Shown here one piece after another: positions 16,892-28,455 of a DNA stretch of 64,000 nucleotides. The stretch is taken from positions 15,203 through 79,202 of the forward strand of contig CAZUJL010000015.1 in NCBI GenBank assembly GCA_964620045.1. Reading direction: 5' to 3'. Source of the stretch: an uncultured Nitrospirales bacterium (lineage in GTDB: Bacteria > Hydrogenedentota > Hydrogenedentia > Hydrogenedentales > GCA-2746185). Position 1 is the first letter of the stretch; each line of letters starts with the position of its first letter. Below the pieces are notes generated by a model. That model made no database searches. It saw nothing but the letters and a program-made list of their open reading frames with translations, and was not told where the DNA came from. Made by a program: the position numbers and the translations under genes.

Positions 16892-18034
16892 TTAAAAGCC
16901 CATCGTCCGCCCGATGATTTCCTTCATGATTTCGGTCGACCCGGCATAGATCGTCTGCGCGCGGCTGTCGATAAATGCCTTCGCGACGGGATACTCCATC
17001 ATATAGCCGTAGCCGCCGTGCAATTGCACGCAGGTATCCACCACCCTCTTCTGCATCTCCGTGCACCACCACTTCGCCATCGACGCCGTTTCGGTCGTCA
17101 GGCGGCCCGCGTTGTGCTCCAAGGTGCAATGGTTCAGGAACACCCGGCCGATTTCGATTTCGGTTTTCATTTCGGCCAGTTTGAAGCGCGAGTTCTGGAA
17201 GGTGCCGATTGGTTTGCCGAAGGCCGTGCGCTCTTTGCAGTATTTGATCGTTTCTTCGAGCACGGCCTCCGCGCCCGCAATCCCGAGCGCCGCCACCGAT
17301 AGGCGCTCCTGCGGCAGCATCGCCATCAGGTGATAGAAGCCGCGGTTCTCTTCGCCAAGCACGGCATCCGAACCCAGTTTTACATCCTTGAAGAACAGCT
17401 CGGCCGTATCCTGCGCGTGCATGCCGACCTTGGCCAGCTTGCGCGGCGGATCAAAGCCCGGCACGCCGCGCTCGACGAGCAACAAGGTAAACGCCGCGTG
17501 CTTCTCTTTGGGATGCGTGCGCGCAACCACCACCACCAAGTCGGCCATCATGCCGTTGCTGATAAAGGTCTTCTGCCCGTTCAGAATCCAGCCGTCGCCC
17601 GTGCGCGTGGCATTCGTGCGCACGCCGGCGAGGTCGCTGCCGGTGTTCGGTTCGGTCATCGCGACCGCGAGAATGCACTCGCCCGTAACCGTGCCCGGCA
17701 GGTATTTTTTCTTCTGTTCTTCGGTGCCGTATTCCATGAGGTACGGCACGATGATGTCCGTGTGGATGCTGAATCCGAGTCCGCTCGCGCCGACGCGCGA
17801 ACATTCTTCCTGGATGATGTTGTTGAAGCGGAAGTCGGTGATGCCGGGGCCGCCGTAGGCCTCGGGCACGTTCATGCCGAGGAAGCCCTGCTCCCCCGCC
17901 TTGAGCCATACCTCGCGCGAGACTTGCCCGTCACGTTCCCACTGCGCGTGGTACGGAATGACCTCGCGCTCGAGGAAAGTCTTGAAGCCTTGCCGAAACT
18001 GCCGGTGATCTTCTTCGTAGATATCGCGCAACAC
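16892..18034 (-). CDS. Acyl-CoA dehydrogenase (long-chain type)
   Basis: AMTEPNTGSDL, NGQKTFISNG, QERL, RTAFGKPI, QLHGGYGYMMEYP and IYAGSTEIMK motifs. Confidence 0.93.
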   Translation of the reverse strand: MLRDIYEEDHRQFRQGFKTFLEREVIPYHAQWERDGQVSREVWLKAGEQGFLGMNVPEAYGGPGITDFRFNNIIQEECSRVGASGLGFSIHTDIIVPYLMEYGTEEQKKKYLPGTVTGECILAVAMTEPNTGSDLAGVRTNATRTGDGWILNGQKTFISNGMMADLVVVVARTHPKEKHAAFTLLLVERGVPGFDPPRKLAKVGMHAQDTAELFFKDVKLGSDAVLGEENRGFYHLMAMLPQERLSVAALGIAGAEAVLEETIKYCKERTAFGKPIGTFQNSRFKLAEMKTEIEIGRVFLNHCTLEHNAGRLTTETASMAKWWCTEMQKRVVDTCVQLHGGYGYMMEYPVAKAFIDSRAQTIYAGSTEIMKEIIGRTMGF

Positions 18035-18037
18035 GTC

Positions 18038-18403
18038 TTAATCCAAATCCAGGGCTGGCCGCGACATCATTCGTGAACCCACTGCGACCGGCCGGCCCTT
18101 TACTTGTCGCAGCAGCACATACACGCCATTGCCGGCGGGATCGTCGGGCGAGGCCGTGCCGTTTTCCGAAACTTCGGCCACAAAGCCGTAGGCATTGGTC
18201 GGGTGATACGCGACCACGACCGACTCCAGCCCTTTGCAGGCTTCCACCAGCACGCGCTCAAGTTGCTTGATGGAACACGTCGAGTGCTTCGGCTTTCCCT
18301 TGGTCAGCCGGATGACTTCCAGCTCACAATCGGGAAAGTCGTGAAAAAGCCCCTGCGACAGATACTGGGCCGCTTTGATGGAATCCCGGAACCGTTCCGC
18401 CAT
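18038..18403 (-). CDS. Hypothetical protein
   Basis: 121-aa ORF ending 3 nt before the acyl-CoA dehydrogenase start; no recognisable motif. Confidence 0.6.
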   Translation of the reverse strand: MAERFRDSIKAAQYLSQGLFHDFPDCELEVIRLTKGKPKHSTCSIKQLERVLVEACKGLESVVVAYHPTNAYGFVAEVSENGTASPDDPAGNGVYVLLRQVKGRPVAVGSRMMSRPALDLD

Positions 18404-18480
18404 GAGTTGACCGTGTAATTCCTCGATTTCCGGTGAAGGCTTTAGTATAACATGCGGGAATTTTTGGGGGCCGCCGCGCG

Positions 18481-19401
18481 ATGAATTTCGAAGACTGGAT
18501 CCCGTCCACGCAGGAAGCGCACGCCATCGCGGCGCATATGCCCGTGGCCCTGTCCGCGCTCGGCGTGCTGGGCGTGCTGGTCGCTGTCCTCGTCAAGACG
18601 CAGCGCGATTCCCTCCGCTGGGCCGTCGTGGGCCTGTACGTCGTCATGGCCGTCTGCGCCTGGCTCGCCGTGCAGACCGGCGAGAAAGCGCGCGCCGAAG
18701 TTTCCGGCGCGATCGGCTCGGCCATTTGGGACACAATCGACACGCACCAGTACCGCGCGGACCGCGTATGGATGTTCGCCCTCGGCACCGCGGTCGTCAT
18801 GGCCGGCAGTATCGCGGCCAGGGGCGGCCTGCGCACGATCATGAGCGTGGTCACGCTGTTTGCCAGCCTTGCGACCGCCGGCTGGGTTATGGCGACGGGC
18901 CACGCGGGCGGCACGCTGGTGTATCAGCACGGCATCGGCATTCCGCCGGATCAGGTGGTCGAATGGCGCCTGCATCCGCCTGCGGCCGATCCGACCAAAC
19001 CCGTGGCCGCTGCACCGGCGGCGACGCAGGCCAATGGACGTGCGTTGATCGAAGTTCTGCCCATCGATATGGCCGAAGCGCAGAAAATCAGTTGGACCAG
19101 CGACGTGCTGCCATTGCTGGAAGATGCGTGCAACGAGTGCCACAAGCCGAGCAAGATCGAATCGAAGTTGTTGATGACCACCGTGCCGGGCCTGCTCACG
19201 GGCGGCGAGAAGTATGGTCCGGCGATCATCCCCGGCAAGCCGGACGAGAGCACGACGGTGAAGTACATCCGCGGCGAATTGCTCCCGCAAATGCCGAAGG
19301 ATGAACTCCCGCTATCCAAAGACGATCTCCACATTATTCGCATGTGGATCGCGGCCGGCGCGATCGACGACACAGGCCACACGGCGCCGCTCGAAAACTA
19401 A
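18481..19401 (+). CDS. DUF2231-like membrane domain fused to a Planctomycete-type cytochrome c domain
   Basis: HMP...H...GH..GGTLVY membrane His pattern; CNECH heme motif, IIPGKPDES, MP, IRMWIAAGA. Confidence 0.82.
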   Translation: MNFEDWIPSTQEAHAIAAHMPVALSALGVLGVLVAVLVKTQRDSLRWAVVGLYVVMAVCAWLAVQTGEKARAEVSGAIGSAIWDTIDTHQYRADRVWMFALGTAVVMAGSIAARGGLRTIMSVVTLFASLATAGWVMATGHAGGTLVYQHGIGIPPDQVVEWRLHPPAADPTKPVAAAPAATQANGRALIEVLPIDMAEAQKISWTSDVLPLLEDACNECHKPSKIESKLLMTTVPGLLTGGEKYGPAIIPGKPDESTTVKYIRGELLPQMPKDELPLSKDDLHIIRMWIAAGAIDDTGHTAPLEN

Positions 19402-19588
19402 CAGTTGCGCGGCGGGGCGCTTCTCCCCTATCGTACTCGTAATTACAACTGACGACACTGAGCGTGCGTGCGTGAACGACTGGCCGAAACCGAACTCCGC
19501 TTCCTTTTCTCTGGCCGTATGCCCCGATGGTCTCTCGTGATGACCCTCCTGGTTCGCCCGCCGCGACTCCGCTTCAGCCAGGAATGAC

Positions 19589-20791
<1,203 letters not shown>

Positions 20792-20804
20792 TCTCCGCCC
20801 CTTT

Positions 20805-20865
20805 TGTCATTCTGAGCGAAGCGAAGAATCTCCCCGTCCGCACAGTGAGAGGCTTCGCTTCTTGC
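20805..20865. repeat. Degenerate palindromic miniature element (TGTCATTCTGAGCGAAGCGAAGAATCT family)
   Basis: Intact left arm at 20805-20831 and decayed right arm (GAGGCTTCGCTTC) between convergent helicase and marR. Confidence 0.65.
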
Positions 20866-20878
20866 GGGGAACTAAGAC

Positions 20879-21364
20879 CTACCGCGCGCCGAGCTGATCC
20901 AAGTTCACACGGATCTTCTCAAGCACATTCTTCAGCGCGTCGAGTTCGACGTTATCGAGCACGCCCATGATGTCGTTCACGCGTTTCTTGTACGCGCCCG
21001 ACACGCGCGCGTAAGTATCGATACCCTTCTGCGTCAGGCAGATCACGTTGTAGCGTCGGTCGTCGGGCACGGGGCGGCGCGCGACGAGCCCCGCCTTCTC
21101 CATGCGATCGATCAGCGTCGTGATGTTCGCCCGGTTCACGAGCATCATGCGGCTCAGGTCGACCTGCGTCAGCCCGCCCGCCTCCCCACTTTGGTGCTTG
21201 AGCAGAGACATCACGTTGTACTGGACGTCCGTCAGCCCATAGGTGCGGAAAAAGTCCCCGGCGCGCTTGCGGATGCGTGCGGCCGTGTAATAAATGTTTA
21301 ACAAGGCCTCGTGCGCCGGGTTCTCAAACCCCTTGCGCATGCCGAGTTCGGACTTTAAGGTCAT
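20879..21364 (-). CDS. MarR-family regulator
   Basis: GLTDVQYNVM, TQVDLS...NITTLIDRMEKAGLVAR, DRR...LT.KG. Confidence 0.92.
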   Translation of the reverse strand: MTLKSELGMRKGFENPAHEALLNIYYTAARIRKRAGDFFRTYGLTDVQYNVMSLLKHQSGEAGGLTQVDLSRMMLVNRANITTLIDRMEKAGLVARRPVPDDRRYNVICLTQKGIDTYARVSGAYKKRVNDIMGVLDNVELDALKNVLEKIRVNLDQLGAR

Positions 21365-21483
21365 AACGGTCTACCTCTGAATGGTATACAGGGTGATTTG
21401 TTTATGTATTAACACATCGCCTGCGAAGCTTTCCACTTAATGGGCGTGGCATACTGCGCGCTTCTGTTCGGAGAACTTCTTCC

Positions 21484-23169
21484 ATGCGGACTATCTCGGT
21501 TCTGGTCACACTTCTTACTATGCTTCCCACAATGAGTGCTGTAGCCCAAAACGGTGAGCCTTCCGCAGCCCCCGCAAAACCCATCATCGCGGACGCGTAC
21601 CGCCAGGGGCGCTCGATGGTGATTGCGCGGCACGGGATGGTGGCGAGTTCGCATCCGCTGGCGACGCAGGCCGGGCTCGACATGCTGCGCGCGGGCGGCT
21701 CGGCGATGGATGCTGCGGTGGCGGTGGCGTCGACGCTCGGCGTGGTCGAGCCGATGTCGATCGGCATCGGCGGCGACGCGTGGATGCTCTACTACGAAGC
21801 CAAGACCGGCAAGGTGTACGCGCTGAACGGCAGCGGGCGCTCGCCGGTGGGCCTCACGCGCGATCATTTCAAGGACGGCGACAAGATCAACGGCTGGGCG
21901 TCGGTCACCGTGCCGGGCGCGGTCGACGCATACTGGACCGGGCACCAGAAGTTCGGCAAGTTGGCGTGGAAGGATTTGTTTCAGCCGGCGATTCGCCATG
22001 CGGACGAAGGCTATCCCGTCGCCGAGATCATCGGCACGATGTGGAGCACCGCGGCCGGCAAACTCGCGCGCGATACGTGGTCGAAGCAGTGCTGGCTGAT
22101 GTCGGACGGTAAGGCGCCGAAGGTTGGCGAGGTGATGAAGCTGCCGAAGCTCGCCGCTTCGCTGAAGACGATCGCCGACGGCGGGCGCGACGCATATTAC
22201 AAAGGTCCCATCGCGGCCGAGATCGTGCGCTACGCGAAGGAGTCCGGCGGATTTTTCACGGCCGAGGACTTCGCGAACACGCACTCCGACTGGGTCGATG
22301 CGATCAGCACGAACTACCGCGGCTACGAGGTCTACCAGTGCCCGCCGAACGGCCAAGGCGCGGGCGTGCTAATGATGCTGAACATCCTCGAAGGCTACGA
22401 CCTGCCGAAGATGACGTTCAATTCGCCGGAGTACCTGCACCTTCTGATCGAGGCGAAGAAGCTCGCGTATGCGGACCTGTATAAGTTTGTCGGCGACCCC
22501 GCGCGCGGCGAGTTGCCGATTAAAGGCCTGCTCTCGAAAGACTACGCGGCGGAGCGGCGTAAACTGATCGACCCGGCAAAGGCCGCGGCCGAAGTGAAGC
22601 CCGGCATTCCAAAGACCGGCGACACGGCCTGCTTCTCGGTCGTGGACGCCGAAGGCAACGCCTGCTCGTTCATCAACTCCAACTTCGCGAATTTCGGCTC
22701 CGGCATCACGGGCGGCGCGACGGGCATCATCCTGCAGAACCGCGGCGAAGGCTTCACGCTCGAGAAAGGCCACTTCAATGAATACAAGCCCGGCGTGCGG
22801 CCGTACCACACGATCATCCCCGGCCTTGTCACGAAAGACGGCAAGCTGTACATGACCTACGGCCTCATGGGCGGCGACATGCAGCCGCAGGGGCACGTGC
22901 AGTTCCTGCTCGCGCATCTCGACCACGGCTTCAACCTGCAACAGGCGATCGACATCCCGCGCTGGAAACACGAAGACGGCGTGAAGGTATATCTGGAACA
23001 GGGCAACGCCCCCGCCACCTTCGATGGCCTGAAAGCCCTCGGCCACGAAGTCACCCAGGCCAACTTCCTCACCTTCGGCAGCGCCCAAGCCATCAGCCGC
23101 GATCCCGACACCGGCGTCCTCTTCGGCGCCAGCGATTCACGGAGAGATGGCTTGGCGTTGGGGTACTAA
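21484..23169 (+). CDS. ggt: Gamma-glutamyltransferase family Ntn-hydrolase (YwrD-like subgroup)
   Basis: GMVASSHPLA, GIGGD, ALNGSGR, PPNGQG, nucleophile GD-T-ACFS, PYHTIIPG, GGDMQPQG and DSRRDG motifs; signal peptide. Confidence 0.9.
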   Translation: MRTISVLVTLLTMLPTMSAVAQNGEPSAAPAKPIIADAYRQGRSMVIARHGMVASSHPLATQAGLDMLRAGGSAMDAAVAVASTLGVVEPMSIGIGGDAWMLYYEAKTGKVYALNGSGRSPVGLTRDHFKDGDKINGWASVTVPGAVDAYWTGHQKFGKLAWKDLFQPAIRHADEGYPVAEIIGTMWSTAAGKLARDTWSKQCWLMSDGKAPKVGEVMKLPKLAASLKTIADGGRDAYYKGPIAAEIVRYAKESGGFFTAEDFANTHSDWVDAISTNYRGYEVYQCPPNGQGAGVLMMLNILEGYDLPKMTFNSPEYLHLLIEAKKLAYADLYKFVGDPARGELPIKGLLSKDYAAERRKLIDPAKAAAEVKPGIPKTGDTACFSVVDAEGNACSFINSNFANFGSGITGGATGIILQNRGEGFTLEKGHFNEYKPGVRPYHTIIPGLVTKDGKLYMTYGLMGGDMQPQGHVQFLLAHLDHGFNLQQAIDIPRWKHEDGVKVYLEQGNAPATFDGLKALGHEVTQANFLTFGSAQAISRDPDTGVLFGASDSRRDGLALGY

Positions 23170-23179
23170 AAAACTCTCC

Positions 23180-23242
23180 CTTCGCGTTCCTTTGCGTTCT
23201 TCGCGGTTTGCTCTAACCGCAAAGAACGCGAAGAGCGCAAAG
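23180..23242. repeat. Inverted repeat built from CTTYGCGTT units
   Basis: CTTCGCGTTCCTTTGCGTTCTTCGCGGTT (23180-23208) pairs with AACCGCAAAGAACGCGAAGAGCGCAAAG (23215-23242). Confidence 0.8.
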
Positions 23243-23259
23243 AAACGATTGGAAAACGC

Positions 23260-24192
23260 GTGAACATTTTTATTGCAGGCGGTTCCGGCGCCATTGGCCG
23301 CTCTCTCGTTCCTATGCTCGTGCGCGAGGGGCATCGCGTTGTTGCGATGACGCGGTCGGCCGAACGCGCCGCGGCATTGGAAGCGATGGGCGCTCAGGCC
23401 GTTGTGGTGGATGTGTATGACGAGCCGCGCTTGATCGAAGTCGTGAAGACGGCGAAGCCGGATACCGTCATCCATCAACTGACCGCATTTGGCGCGACGG
23501 AAGGCGATCCATTGGCCGAGACGCTGCGTGTGCGTACGGAAGGCACGCGGAATTTGGTCTTGGCGGCGATCATCGCGAAGGCACGGCGCTTCATTACGCA
23601 GAGCATCTCGTTCATCTGTACGCCGCACGGCGAGGGCCTCACGACCGAGCAAACGCCGCTGTATTTGGACGGCCCCCTCCCACAGATTCGTCCGCTGGCC
23701 GAAGCCGTCCGCGAACTGGAAGTGCGCACGATGCGCAACGCGAGCATGGAGGGTCTCGTGCTGCGCTACGGCTGGTTCTATGGCCCCGGCACGAACTATG
23801 GCCCAAACGACGTAATCCCCCGCGCGATTCGCAAAGGCAAGATGCCGATCGTGGGCAACGGCGCGGGCACGTATTCGTTCATCCACGTCGATGATGCCGC
23901 GGCGGCGACAGTAAACGCGTTGACCCGTGGCGACACCGGCATCTACAACATTGTCGACGACGACCCCGCCCCACTCCGCGACTGGCTCCCGGTTGCTGCC
24001 GAGTTATTGGGCGGCCCGCCGCCGCAACACGTCGATGCCGAAACCGTCCGCGCGAAGCTCGGCGACATGATGGTCTATATCTACGACGAACAACGCGGCG
24101 CTTCGAACGTGAAAGCGAAGCGTGTTTTGGAGTGGCAGCCGCGCCTGAAGTCGTGGCGCGAAGGATTTAAACAGATTTACAGCCAAACCTGA
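23260..24192 (+). CDS. NAD-dependent epimerase/dehydratase (atypical SDR)
   Basis: IFIAGGSGAIG Rossmann motif, VIHQLT, LRYGWFYGPG, SFIHVDDAA, GIYNIVDD. Confidence 0.9.
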   Translation: MNIFIAGGSGAIGRSLVPMLVREGHRVVAMTRSAERAAALEAMGAQAVVVDVYDEPRLIEVVKTAKPDTVIHQLTAFGATEGDPLAETLRVRTEGTRNLVLAAIIAKARRFITQSISFICTPHGEGLTTEQTPLYLDGPLPQIRPLAEAVRELEVRTMRNASMEGLVLRYGWFYGPGTNYGPNDVIPRAIRKGKMPIVGNGAGTYSFIHVDDAAAATVNALTRGDTGIYNIVDDDPAPLRDWLPVAAELLGGPPPQHVDAETVRAKLGDMMVYIYDEQRGASNVKAKRVLEWQPRLKSWREGFKQIYSQT

Positions 24193-24223
24193 TCGAATTC
24201 GCTTTTACACGCCAGCCCCACAC

Positions 24224-24304
24224 TGTCATCCCCGCGAAAGCGGGGACCTCCCGTAAACCGTGATCATCGGTAGATGAGAGGTCCCCGCTTTCGCGGGGAT
24301 GACA
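24224..24304. repeat. Perfect 27-bp inverted repeat element
   Basis: TGTCATCCCCGCGAAAGCGGGGACCTC (24224-24250) and its exact complement (24278-24304); each arm is itself a CCCCGC-GAAA-GCGGGG hairpin. Confidence 0.9.
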
Positions 24305-24352
24305 TTTGGGAGCGCTTGGTTAAAGCCGTGATCGTAGATCGACGAACCAAGA

Positions 24353-25006
24353 TCACCGCGCCGGCACGATATCTGGCTGCGGCGCCGCGTTGGTGAAGCG
24401 AATAATAATTGCGGCAACCACCGCGCCGACCATGTTCGACACAAGATCCCAGCCGGTGTTTTCGTAACCGCCGACATTGGTCGTCGTCAGCAGCGTCGCC
24501 ACGAACTCGATAATTTCGTTCATGGCGCCGAAGCCCATGCCGCCGGCGACGCAGAGCGTGAGCACGCCGAAGGTGGGCTGCAATTTGCCGAAGGGCTTTA
24601 CGGCCGCGCGGATCGCCTGCCAGCACACCCAGGTGGTGACGCCGAACCCGTAGGCGTGCACGATCTGGTCGTACTTCAATCGATCCGGAATGAGCCACCA
24701 CGAATACAGTACGCGGATGTCGCCGTTGATCGGCCACGACTCCGGCACGGGCACGAGTCCGCCCGCCATGTGCAGCGCGCCCCAAATGCTGAGCGCCCAC
24801 AGTGCGCCGATCGTGAGGTGTACGCGATGGTGCACATAGCCGACGACGCCCATCAGCACGAGCATCACGCCGATGTAGATCAGAAACTCCATGTTGCCGC
24901 GGCTGAACGCGCCGCCGATCGCGGCGATCATGTACGCGACCGTAAAAATCACCACGTAGATCACGCCGCCGCTCAACAGACTGCCCTGTTGTTCTTGCTT
25001 CTGCAT
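24353..25006 (-). CDS. DUF2238/YjdF-like membrane protein
   Basis: YDQIVHAYGFG, GAMNEIIEF and GYENTGWDLVSN motifs, hydrophobic helices; start ATG 25006. Confidence 0.78.
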   Translation of the reverse strand: MQKQEQQGSLLSGGVIYVVIFTVAYMIAAIGGAFSRGNMEFLIYIGVMLVLMGVVGYVHHRVHLTIGALWALSIWGALHMAGGLVPVPESWPINGDIRVLYSWWLIPDRLKYDQIVHAYGFGVTTWVCWQAIRAAVKPFGKLQPTFGVLTLCVAGGMGFGAMNEIIEFVATLLTTTNVGGYENTGWDLVSNMVGAVVAAIIIRFTNAAPQPDIVPAR

Positions 25007-25165
25007 GGTTTGCTCCCAATGTTCCCCGACCAGCATAGGTCTAACAGTTTGTATCTTAATACTTCAGACGGGCGCGGCGCTCCATAATGTGGCTAATGGC
25101 TTATGGCCGCATGGGTTGCAACGGGGCAGCCTGGGTGCCAGCATAGGCGGATTGGAGGGCGTTCC

Positions 25166-26737
<1,572 letters not shown>

Positions 26738-26766
26738 CAAGATTTATCTGCGCGCGCGGCCCGCGT

Positions 26767-26796
26767 TTGACACTCCCCCGCGCGGAATGGCAGCAT
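26767..26796 (+). promoter_or_regulatory. Sigma70-type promoter of the gcv operon
   Basis: TTGACA (26767-26772), 18-nt spacer, extended -10 TGgCAGCAT (26788-26796). Confidence 0.55.
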
Positions 26797-26802
26797 TTTC
26801 GT

Positions 26803-26886
26803 TCGCCGCCGCGACTGGCGTTCACGTGGGCTGCCACGAGGGAGCGGATGGCGCTGGAAGGTCCCTTTTAGCCGCACGCCTGGGCC
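26803..26886 (+). ncRNA. ZMP/ZTP riboswitch (pfl motif)
   Basis: P1 CGCCGCCGC/GCGGATGGCG; J1/2 CGCGACTGGCG; P2 CGTGG-gctg-CCACG; AGGGAGCG; linker; P3 GCCGCACGCCTGGGC whose loop CGCC can pseudoknot with GGCG. Confidence 0.9.
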
Positions 26887-26968
26887 GCGGAGGGCACGCT
26901 TAAGCCGAGCTTGGGCGTGGCACCCAATGGCGATTTGTTTCGGGACGCTTCTTTTTTCGGAGGGCTGC

Positions 26969-28042
26969 ATGCAAAAGACCCCGTTGTACGACGAGCACGT
27001 CCGCCTCGGCGGCAAAGTCGTCGACTTCAACGGCTGGGCCCTGCCCGTCCAGTTCGCCGGCATCGTGAAGGAACACACGCAGTGCCGCACGCAGGTCTCC
27101 CTCTTCGACTGCTCGCACATGGGCGAGTATCTCGTGAAGGGGCAGGACGCGATCGCGAAGTACGACCGCGAGATCATTTCCGACACGAGCAAGATTCCGC
27201 TCGGCCGTTGCCGTTACGGCGCGATCCTGAACGAACAAGGCGGCATCTTGGACGACGTGATCACGTTCCGCATGGCGGCGGATGAGTTATACGTGGTGAC
27301 GAATGCCGGACCGCTCGCGTCGGTCACCGCGCGCTTCTGCGACAAGAACCCCGGCATGACGCATATCTCATACGAGACCGCGAAGATCGACGTGCAGGGT
27401 CCGCGCGCGCAGGAGATCGTGCTGAAGGCTGGATTCAGCGCGGCCAAGACGCTCAAATATTTCAACGCGACGTGGACCACGTGGGAAGGCCACAAGGTCC
27501 TTCTCTCGCGCACGGGCTACACCGGCGAACTCGGCTACGAACTCTTTATGGCGAACGATCTCGCCGTGAAGATGTGGAACATATTTCTCGATCTTGGCGT
27601 GGAGCCGGCGGGTCTCGGCGCGCGCGACACGCTGCGTACGGAAGTGGGCTACAACCTCTCTGGTCAGGACTTCGACAGCACGATCACGCCGCTCGAAGCG
27701 AACATGGAAAATTACATCGCGTGGGACACGGAATTTGTCGGCAAGTCCGCGCTGCAGAAGAAAAAAGACGCAGGCGACTATGCGCAATTGGTGGGCATAG
27801 TGACCCATTCGAAACAAAAGCCGCAGCACGGTTTCGAAGTGCAGCACGACGGCAAGGTCGTCGGCGAAGTGACCAGCGGCACCTTCGGGCCTAGCCTCGG
27901 CCACGGCGTGGGTCTGGCGCGCGTGCCTGCGGTGCTCGCGAAACCAGACACAAAGCTGACCTGCGGTCCGCGCGGACTCGAAATCGAAGTGGCCACAACA
28001 CCTTTTTATAAAAACGGCACCTGCCGGGCGAACGTCGCCTGA
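26969..28042 (+). CDS. gcvT: Glycine cleavage T protein (aminomethyltransferase)
   Basis: KTPLY, FNGWALPVQF, LFDCSHMGE, SRTGYTGELGYE, GLGARDTLRTE and VTSGTFGPSL motifs; start ATG 26969. Confidence 0.96.
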   Translation: MQKTPLYDEHVRLGGKVVDFNGWALPVQFAGIVKEHTQCRTQVSLFDCSHMGEYLVKGQDAIAKYDREIISDTSKIPLGRCRYGAILNEQGGILDDVITFRMAADELYVVTNAGPLASVTARFCDKNPGMTHISYETAKIDVQGPRAQEIVLKAGFSAAKTLKYFNATWTTWEGHKVLLSRTGYTGELGYELFMANDLAVKMWNIFLDLGVEPAGLGARDTLRTEVGYNLSGQDFDSTITPLEANMENYIAWDTEFVGKSALQKKKDAGDYAQLVGIVTHSKQKPQHGFEVQHDGKVVGEVTSGTFGPSLGHGVGLARVPAVLAKPDTKLTCGPRGLEIEVATTPFYKNGTCRANVA

Positions 28043-28065
28043 GCAGATAGGCAAGGGGAGCAAAT

Positions 28066-28455
28066 ATGTATCCAAAGAACCTGAAGTACACCAACGAACA
28101 CGAGTGGGTGCGTGCCGAAGGTGACACATACACCGTCGGCATCACGTCGTACGCCGTCGAGCAACTCGGCGACATCACGTATGTCGAGCTGCCGAAGGTC
28201 GGCGAAAAAGTGAAGCAGCACGGTGAAGCGGCGACGGTCGAATCCGTGAAGGCCGCCAGCGACGTGTATGCGCCGGTCGGTGGCGAAGTCGTGGCGATCA
28301 ACGACGCACTCGACGAAACGCCGGAACTCGTGAACGAGAATCCATACGAGCAGGGCTGGTTCTTCAAGCTCAAGGGCGTGAGCCAGGCGGAACTGTCCGG
28401 CCTGATGGACGCCGCGGCGTACCAGAAATTCGTTGAGGAGGCGCACGACAAGTGA
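28066..28455 (+). CDS. gcvH: Glycine cleavage H protein
   Basis: HEWV, GITSYAVEQLGDI, VESVKAASD lipoyl lysine, NENPYEQGW. Confidence 0.97.
   Translation: MYPKNLKYTNEHEWVRAEGDTYTVGITSYAVEQLGDITYVELPKVGEKVKQHGEAATVESVKAASDVYAPVGGEVVAINDALDETPELVNENPYEQGWFFKLKGVSQAELSGLMDAAAYQKFVEEAHDK

Noticed and set aside
25082-25106. CCATAA-N13-TTATGG palindrome
   Set aside because: Only 6 bp, with no adjacent regulator or second copy; may be chance
26740-26968. Glycine riboswitch or 6S RNA upstream of gcvT
   Set aside because: No glycine aptamer motifs; the long-range pairing is better explained by the ZTP aptamer and its alternative fold
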